64,000 nt of DNA from Patescibacteria group bacterium (GTDB taxonomy: Bacteria; Patescibacteriota; Patescibacteriia; UBA9934). A program made the position numbers and the translations under genes. The stretch lies in NCBI GenBank assembly GCA_041666205.1, contig JBAYHI010000003.1, positions 13,215 through 77,214 on the forward strand, given 5' to 3'. The number at the start of each line of letters is the position of its first letter. Positions within the stretch are counted from its first letter, which is position 1. Shown piece by piece: positions 58,189 through 64,000 of the stretch. The notes beneath the pieces were generated by a model. The model saw only the letters and a list, made by a program, of their open reading frames with translations. It was not told where the DNA came from and searched no databases.

Positions 58189-59256
58189 ATGCAGTCCTAC
58201 ATCCAGTGCGTGCCCGGGAACCACAACCGGTGCGAGGCGCAGGGGCACGGGAAGCGTCTTATCCGGGATGGAACGTGTTCGATTGGTCGGGCCTGGGCGT
58301 TGCGCGCCCTGCCCTGCGCCGGGTGTGAGATGCTGGTGCCCGCGCACCTCGGAAAGCGCGTGAATCCGGCGTTCGTGGTTGCGATCGCGGGGGTCGGGAA
58401 CATCAAGGTCGCGCCCGGAGCATTCATGCTCTACGCGGCCGTCACCGTCGACCCCGAGGCGCGCTTGTGCGACGAGTGCGCGGAAAAGCTCGCGAGCGCT
58501 GTGCAGAACGGCTCGGGGAAGCCCGGGTTCGTTCATCTCGGTTCGCAGGTCGTCCCGCTTCTCATGAGCCCCACGACTGCGCAGACCGAACTTGCGCGCT
58601 GTGAGGAGGCGCGGGCCCTGGAGCGCGCCGAGCGCGTCCAGAAGATCGTGGCGCTCGTCGAGCGAATTCGCGCGGGATCTCAGGTCGCATTCGCGCGCAA
58701 GATGCGCGAGGGCGGTGAGCTTTGGACCGAATGCACGACGCACCGCAACACGCCCGACGGCACGTGCTTTGACGATGAATCCGCTCACTACGGCTACGCC
58801 AACTGGCACGAGATGCCGTCGATTCGCGCCGACAACAAGGTCTTCGGATTCTGCCCGACTTGCGCCAAGGAAGCGAAGGGCGCCGGCGTGGAGTTCAACG
58901 GCATGATGGCCGCGCTCGTCGCGCAGGTGCAGAATTTGCCCTACACGAATCCGAGCGATCGGGGGCGGAGTGGCAACACTGCGCTTGGTCACATCACGAC
59001 CGTGGACGAAGCTTCGCGTGAGATTGGGGCGCGTCTCACGCTTGCTCAGAAGTCCGATGGTCAGCGGGACTGGGTCGCACGGAATTTCGAGTTCGGTGCG
59101 ACCGGGATGGGGCGGAAGCATCGCGTGACGCGCAAGCCCGTACAGCTCTCGCCCGAAGAAATCGAGCGTCGTCGGGCCGAGCGCGCGAAGCGCAAGGCCG
59201 ATGAGAAGAGACAGCAGAAGAAGGGGGGAGGCGGCAACAAGAAGAAGGGCCGCTAG
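58189..59256 (+). CDS. Hypothetical high-GC (about 66%) protein with multiple CxxC zinc-ribbon-like motifs and a Lys/Arg-rich C-terminal tail
   Basis: ATG at 58189 preceded by GGAGGT with 5-nt spacing. Composition differs sharply from flanking genes. The opposite-strand 369-aa ORF looks antisense (R/L/A-rich). Confidence 0.55.
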   Translation: MQSYIQCVPGNHNRCEAQGHGKRLIRDGTCSIGRAWALRALPCAGCEMLVPAHLGKRVNPAFVVAIAGVGNIKVAPGAFMLYAAVTVDPEARLCDECAEKLASAVQNGSGKPGFVHLGSQVVPLLMSPTTAQTELARCEEARALERAERVQKIVALVERIRAGSQVAFARKMREGGELWTECTTHRNTPDGTCFDDESAHYGYANWHEMPSIRADNKVFGFCPTCAKEAKGAGVEFNGMMAALVAQVQNLPYTNPSDRGRSGNTALGHITTVDEASREIGARLTLAQKSDGQRDWVARNFEFGATGMGRKHRVTRKPVQLSPEEIERRRAERAKRKADEKRQQKKGGGGNKKKGR

Positions 59257-59362
59257 TCCCTCGTATCCCACCTCACGCGAGGTGGGCTCAAGTCCGCAGC
59301 AACGTCACCGGTGGTGGCCTTGTCTGCGGGCTTTTTGGTTTGTTGTGAACAGATCAAACGCG

Positions 59363-59368
59363 TATAAT
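59363..59368 (+). promoter_or_regulatory. -10 box TATAAT 6 nt upstream of the ATG at 59375 (leaderless-type)
   Basis: Same arrangement as at 27843, 36454 and 50993. Confidence 0.5.
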
Positions 59369-59374
59369 GCGAGT

Positions 59375-61189
59375 ATGCACGTACATATTTGGCGATGGTT
59401 TTTTTGGTCTGGCATCCTCTTTATTGTCTTGGGAGGCGTGTTTGCGATTGGTCTTACGCTTGGGCTTATTTGGAAAAATGAGTTTGAGCTTCCGGTGCGC
59501 GAAGTAGGACCCCTGTATTCCTCGGGATTGCAAACGAAAGATTTTTTTGATGGTGCGTATGCAGCTGCGGAGCCAGGTGATTCGGTTTCGGTTGTGAGCG
59601 CAGTATCAGCGCATCATCTTTTGGTTGCAAAAGAGATTGCTTCGCTTTTTGAAACGATTGGTTCGGGGAGTGTCAAAACCGTCATTGTGGTGAGCCCGAA
59701 TCATTTTGATGCTGGTGTTCACCCCGCGCAGGTTTCATTCGGAAATTGGGAAACGCCGTATGGCATGGTGGAATCTTCCACGAAAGCGCGTGTGCTTGCA
59801 AATCGTGGTGGGATCGTTTGGAATGAAGAAAAAGCATTTGAACAAGAGCATGGTATTGGAGCACTCACGCCATTTGTCGCGCATTCATTTCCAAACGCGA
59901 AAATCATTCCGCTCGTGATTGATGATTCGCTCACCGCGGATGAAGCAAAGGTTGTTGCGGGCGAACTCTACGACGTTGCGCCCGACGCCATTCTGATTGC
60001 GTCCTCTGACATGTCGCACTATTTGCCAAGTTTGGCGTCGGATTACCACGACGAGGTGACGGAGAATTGCTTGGCGCGTGGAATTGCGTGTTTAGAAAAT
60101 TTGAATTTGGAAGTGGATACAAATGCCGTGCTTCAGGTTTTGGGTGAGTGGAATCGTTTGCAGGGCACGCAAGTGTGGACGCAAACCTATCACGGCAATT
60201 CGCTTGCCATGGGCATTGGCGACGCAGCAGAAGAAAATACAAGCCATATTCTGGGGTACTTTACAAAAGGTGCGCCGGTGACGTCACCCTCGGCTTCCAT
60301 TCATTTCGTTGGTGACATTATGCTTGATCGTGGTGTGCGAAAAGCAATCGATGCAGCCGGTGGCGACCCGAATTTTCCCTGGCAGCACGTGATGCGCTTT
60401 TTGCAAGGATCAGATTTGCGCGTTGGCAACCTGGAAGGAACCGTGAACGAACAACAAAGCACCTATACCTACGATCCGCCATTTCGATTTGTCTTTTCGC
60501 CAAGCTATGTGGAAGCAATGAAACCATTCATCGACGTGGTATCGCTTGCCAATAATCACGTCTGGGATGTGGGCAGTGCTGGGGAAACTGAAACGCATAC
60601 CTGGCTGGATTCCATGGGCATTCCGTGGTTTGCTTCGTATAAATCGCCAGTGCCACGCTACGACCAAGATATTAACGGAATCCCGATTACGCTCATTGGC
60701 TATCATTCATTCCAGCCCGACGAGGATTTACTGCTGGAGACGATTGCAACCGCACAAAGTGATGGGCGATTTATCATCGTCATGCCACATTGGGGCGTTG
60801 AATATGAACATCAACCGCAAACCGCACAACGGGCACTGGCTCAGAAAATGATCAACGCTGGCGCTGACCTTATTATGGCCGGTCACGCACATGTGCCAGA
60901 GGGGATTGAAGTCATCGACGGCGTGCCAGTTCTTTACTCGCTTGGGAATTTCGTTTTTGATCAACAGATTCCGGAAACCTGGTCCGCACTCACGGCTGGA
61001 GTGATTATCACGGATGAAAAAATCGAAATTAACCTCCTGCCAGTGGACGTCAGTTTGAAAGCGCCAAAGCCGATGGAGGGCGATAAAGCCACCGCACTCC
61101 TCAAACACCTTGCGGAGTATTCCGACGACGTGCTAAAAGAACAAATAATTAATGGCAAACTAATTTTTGACCGATATGAAACAAACTAA
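59375..61189 (+). CDS. Fusion protein: N-terminal TM + Memo-like (AmmeMemoRadiSam system protein B family) domain + C-terminal CapA/PGA_cap metallophosphatase-like domain
   Basis: Memo-like 'VVSPNHF...HGIG...SSDMSHY'. CapA-like 'SLANNHVWDVG...GHAHVPEGIEVIDGVPVLYSLGNFVFDQ'. Confidence 0.6.
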   Translation: MHVHIWRWFFWSGILFIVLGGVFAIGLTLGLIWKNEFELPVREVGPLYSSGLQTKDFFDGAYAAAEPGDSVSVVSAVSAHHLLVAKEIASLFETIGSGSVKTVIVVSPNHFDAGVHPAQVSFGNWETPYGMVESSTKARVLANRGGIVWNEEKAFEQEHGIGALTPFVAHSFPNAKIIPLVIDDSLTADEAKVVAGELYDVAPDAILIASSDMSHYLPSLASDYHDEVTENCLARGIACLENLNLEVDTNAVLQVLGEWNRLQGTQVWTQTYHGNSLAMGIGDAAEENTSHILGYFTKGAPVTSPSASIHFVGDIMLDRGVRKAIDAAGGDPNFPWQHVMRFLQGSDLRVGNLEGTVNEQQSTYTYDPPFRFVFSPSYVEAMKPFIDVVSLANNHVWDVGSAGETETHTWLDSMGIPWFASYKSPVPRYDQDINGIPITLIGYHSFQPDEDLLLETIATAQSDGRFIIVMPHWGVEYEHQPQTAQRALAQKMINAGADLIMAGHAHVPEGIEVIDGVPVLYSLGNFVFDQQIPETWSALTAGVIITDEKIEINLLPVDVSLKAPKPMEGDKATALLKHLAEYSDDVLKEQIINGKLIFDRYETN

Positions 61190-62960
61190 GGTCGAGCCCG
61201 TCGACATGACGGAGCAAGTACCCGTGCCCGAAGTTACAGCTCCCAAATTCAATAAAACGCTTCTGATTGCAATTGCAGCCCCGGTGGTTGTCTTGCTCGT
61301 GATTGCGTCATTCATCAGTGGCTTGCTGGTTTCGCGACTGATTGCCAATGAGACAGAAGTTGAGGATGAGGTTATTGATGGCTCTGATGAAACTGATACG
61401 GAAGAAGTATTTTTAGATGTGGAGTTTTTACCGATTGCGGCTCAGGAAAAAGTTGAATTAAATCCAGGACTCGTTGCAACATTTTCAAAACCTGATTCCA
61501 CATTTTCAGTTGATGAGAGTTCTGCCTATCTTTTGGGAGTTGTTCAGGGTGGAACCTATGATGGGTATGAGCTCGTACAAAATATTTTTGGCTCTTTAGG
61601 AATGGGGTGGGCGTATGATTATTATTATGTTCTTGAAAACCCAAACGATCGCATAGATGCAGTGCTTCTTAGCCGTTATATGAGTTATATGGGAATGTGG
61701 GAATTCCCGGTGAGAGAGTCTGATACAACAAATGGGGATACGTTTAGTACAACAATTACAGATGGAGAGCTTGCTATTCCTGAATTTGAAATGTCGTCAA
61801 CAATTACAGATGTTAATGAAATTTTGTTTGATTATGCAGGATTGTTGAACCGAATTGATTTTGAAGGTGTAGATGCGAATAAAGCGCCAAAGATTGGAAG
61901 CTCATGGTCGCAACTTGCGGACGGAACCGTTGTGTATGAAATGGTCGAGGGGACTTCAACTGTGTATGAGGATAGTTTTTATACGATTCGACCCGACAAT
62001 CGGTACGCCATTTATGAAGTGAATGTCCCATTCTGGACGGCTGGTCCGGAAGGAGATTTGAATGTGCCAAATACACCAAATATCATTTGGGAGGATGGAT
62101 CGAGAAATACGGATGAATATCTCCGCGGAGATCAATCCAGATGTGGCATGAGCTCCATTACAAACGTGGCGTCAGATATCACAGATAGCGATTTGATTTT
62201 TGCTGGAACAATCGAAAGTGAACGCGTCTTTACACCAAAAACGCTAACAGCTGATCGTTATAAGAGTAGTATCGCATCGTATAATTCTTTTTCAGGTGAA
62301 GAAGAAGTTACGCTCGAAGAATTGCAAGAAATACATCCGTATTTTTACTGGCAGGATTCACTTGGTCGTTGGATTGAATTTACGAATGTGAATTTTCTTC
62401 CGGCTGCAGAATGTGGCAAGCCGGTTATTTACCTCTACCCAGAAGAAACCACGCAGGTGAATGTACAATTGGCGCCGGTGGGAGGATTTTCCTACACCGA
62501 GCCGGCATATGGTATGGGATGGAATGTGGTGGCAGAGCCAAATGGCGAGCTCACAAATCTATCCGATGGAAAAACATATCCATATCTTTTCTGGGAAGGT
62601 AAAGGTGGACTTTACCAGGCACCAGAGAAATATTGGGTGATTGCAAAAGCTGATGTAGAAGGATTTTTGACTTCAACGCTTGCGCAACTTGGGCTTAATG
62701 AAAAAGAAATTGCAGACTTCAATGAGTTCTGGCTTCCACGCATGCAAAATGCGCCGTACTACAAGATTGGATTCCATGGAACGAGTGTTATGAACGCTCT
62801 GGCGCCAATGCAAATAACGCCTGCGCCAGATTCAGTACTGCGAATCCTCATGGATTATCAAGAGCTCGATACGGCAATCCCATCGAACCCGCCAACGCTT
62901 CCAAAAACATTTGAGCGAACAGGATTTACGGTTGTGGAATGGGGAGGGGTGATTCAATAG
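61176..62960 (+). CDS. Hypothetical membrane-anchored extracytoplasmic protein (595 aa)
   Basis: TM helix at residues about 30-55, acidic linker and a large soluble domain. ATG at 61176; the track start at 61167 is TTG. Confidence 0.5.
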   Translation: MKQTKVEPVDMTEQVPVPEVTAPKFNKTLLIAIAAPVVVLLVIASFISGLLVSRLIANETEVEDEVIDGSDETDTEEVFLDVEFLPIAAQEKVELNPGLVATFSKPDSTFSVDESSAYLLGVVQGGTYDGYELVQNIFGSLGMGWAYDYYYVLENPNDRIDAVLLSRYMSYMGMWEFPVRESDTTNGDTFSTTITDGELAIPEFEMSSTITDVNEILFDYAGLLNRIDFEGVDANKAPKIGSSWSQLADGTVVYEMVEGTSTVYEDSFYTIRPDNRYAIYEVNVPFWTAGPEGDLNVPNTPNIIWEDGSRNTDEYLRGDQSRCGMSSITNVASDITDSDLIFAGTIESERVFTPKTLTADRYKSSIASYNSFSGEEEVTLEELQEIHPYFYWQDSLGRWIEFTNVNFLPAAECGKPVIYLYPEETTQVNVQLAPVGGFSYTEPAYGMGWNVVAEPNGELTNLSDGKTYPYLFWEGKGGLYQAPEKYWVIAKADVEGFLTSTLAQLGLNEKEIADFNEFWLPRMQNAPYYKIGFHGTSVMNALAPMQITPAPDSVLRILMDYQELDTAIPSNPPTLPKTFERTGFTVVEWGGVIQ

Positions 62961-62964
62961 CGCC

Positions 62965-63016
62965 GTAGGGGTCGGGTTCCCCGACCCGGCAACGGGCGAG
63001 GAAACCTCGCCCGTAC
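62965..63016 (+). repeat. REP-like pair 'gtaggggtcgggttccccgacccg' plus 'gggcgaggaaacctcgccc'
   Basis: Near-identical to 21877..21924. Preceded by the 'cgcc' leader as at 26047. Confidence 0.75.
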
Positions 63017-63028
63017 GACGATTCGAAT

Positions 63029-63086
63029 AGGGACGTTGCATCCTCCTTCGCTCTTCGAGCTTCGGCGGGACAAGTGCAACGTCCCT
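63029..63086. repeat. Inverted repeat 'agggacgttgca' ... 'tgcaacgtccct' (34-nt spacer), related to the 26051 REP
   Basis: Seen directly. The ORF 63074..63349 5' extension runs through it and is likely spurious. Confidence 0.6.
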
Positions 63087-63151
63087 TGTCGAATTCAAAT
63101 TTTTCGTGTATATTTCTTCGTTGCTTGTGTCTGGAGCAACAGGAGGTCGCG

Positions 63152-63349
63152 ATGACGGAAGTATGGCGGCGTGGTAAGAAGCCACGCTATGTGCGAAGCG
63201 GGGATCCGGATCCGATTCGCGAGTACCCCGTAGAGGAGCTCGACGAGTTCCTGATCGTCGGCGAGCGTCCGGATCGCACGCGTTCCCGCAAGGTGACGCA
63301 GGAACAACTTGATCGCGCGCATGCCGGCGTGGGCAAGGGGCCGCAATGA
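63152..63349 (+). CDS. Hypothetical small protein (65 aa, high GC)
   Basis: ATG preceded by AGGAGG with 5-nt spacing; Arg/Asp/Glu-rich. Confidence 0.45.
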   Translation: MTEVWRRGKKPRYVRSGDPDPIREYPVEELDEFLIVGERPDRTRSRKVTQEQLDRAHAGVGKGPQ

Positions 63350-63519
63350 AGAGGAAGAGCCGGCTAAAGGACACACCTCAGCCGCTGGTCATCACTCGTC
63401 CTCGACGCGGGACGAGACCACGCACGCCCACGTCCGAGGTCATCAATCGGCGCCACGAGGAGGGTGATCGTCCTCGTGTCCGCCCGGAGCTTCCACCGCC
63501 CAACAAGGGCGACAAGTGA
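63346..63519 (+). CDS. Hypothetical small basic Pro/Arg-rich protein (57 aa)
   Basis: ATGA overlap with the upstream stop, which suggests coupling. Not in the ORF track because it is under 60 aa. Confidence 0.3.
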   Translation: MKRKSRLKDTPQPLVITRPRRGTRPRTPTSEVINRRHEEGDRPRVRPELPPPNKGDK

Positions 63520-63657
63520 GGCTCCTCGTCCCTGACGTCCGCTGGCAGCTGCCGGCGGCGTTTCTGTTTTTATCCACTAGTCGCAATGATGTTTCTTTGG
63601 TATCTTCCGTAGGACCATTGGACCCAGCCTCTCGCGAGAGGCGGGGTGGAGGTACTG

Positions 63658-63858
63658 ATGCGCCAGTCTCGAACATTTCGTACGCAGTTCGATGGCCGGG
63701 TTGATGATCCGAACCAGTGGAGAACACTCGCATCGAACGGGGAAGTCCTTCCTGCAGATCCAGCGCTCTTCAGTGACTTGCCTTCCGTCGAGGAACGAAC
63801 CGAAGAACGCGAGAAGATCTTCCCTCGCAGTCGTCCTGATTCCGTTCCAACGCCCTAG
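63658..63858 (+). CDS. Hypothetical small protein (66 aa, high GC)
   Basis: ATG preceded by GGAGGT with 4-nt spacing. Confidence 0.4.
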   Translation: MRQSRTFRTQFDGRVDDPNQWRTLASNGEVLPADPALFSDLPSVEERTEEREKIFPRSRPDSVPTP

Positions 63859-64000
63859 CTCGCTGCTACCTCTCCTTGCCCGTCGTGCTGGCGGGCATCT
63901 GCCTTTAGAGGATTGCTTTTTCGAAATTCGGTGCAGGATCCATGAACATATTTGCTTTTCCCGTGACGAGTGCCGGGTCGCCGGTTGTATAAAATGTGCG

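Noticed and set aside
58162-59271. 369-aa minus-strand ORF spanning the high-GC gene
   Set aside because: Composition is R/L/A/G-rich and typical of antisense reading of a high-GC gene. It has no SD or promoter. The + strand ORF has a strong SD and a protein-like sequence.
63074-63349. 91-aa ORF start at 63074
   Set aside because: The 5' extension runs through the inverted-repeat REP element. A canonical AGGAGG-N5-ATG sits at 63152, so it is trimmed to 63152..63349.
1-64000. CRISPR arrays, rRNA genes, integrase or TnpB genes
   Set aside because: No short regularly spaced direct repeats, no rRNA-like conserved stretches, and no recognisable integrase or TnpB-sized ORF next to the RAYT were found by eye.

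Overview
The host backbone is about 47-50% GC, uses the standard genetic code (TGA is a stop) and is densely packed with genes, mostly on the + strand. Its gene content resembles a small-genome, possibly Patescibacteria- or Saccharibacteria-like bacterium; that lineage call is inference. Recognisable core genes include the rfbBCD dTDP-rhamnose genes and a peptidoglycan/division cluster (mraY, ftsW, murG, murD and a second Mur ligase). Also present are ftsEX, mreB, pyrG, rplI, rpmA, rpmG, frr, glyQS, tpiA, holB, HIT and NUDIX proteins, an S41 protease and an M16 peptidase. There are three tRNAs (Lys-TTT, Gly-CCC, Thr-CGT). Two surface-glycan loci (GT4, GT2 and GT-C glycosyltransferases, a CDP-alcohol phosphatidyltransferase, a DUF4012 protein) and a 2010-aa secreted repeat protein are also present. 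Unusual content falls into four groups. First, an IS200-like tyrosine transposase (RAYT) lies next to a family of GTAG/GTAC-led GC-rich hairpin repeats (REP-like) scattered at gene ends; two copies sit inside the transposase gene itself. Second, several high-GC (about 58-68%) blocks (about 26.05-26.52 kb, 46.66-49.9 kb, 58.19-59.26 kb, 63.0-64.0 kb) contain hypothetical genes that start with canonical Shine-Dalgarno (SD) sites. Many of the checked backbone genes instead lack an SD and show a TATAAT-like -10 box 6-9 nt upstream of ATG (four clear cases), which suggests leaderless mRNA. Each high-GC block lies next to a REP hairpin. Third, a 109-nt element with terminal inverted repeats occurs twice in opposite orientations. 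Fourth, a soluble P-type-ATPase-like protein lacks TM segments and the DKTGT motif, and a Memo-like domain is fused to a CapA domain. No CRISPR array or rRNA was seen.
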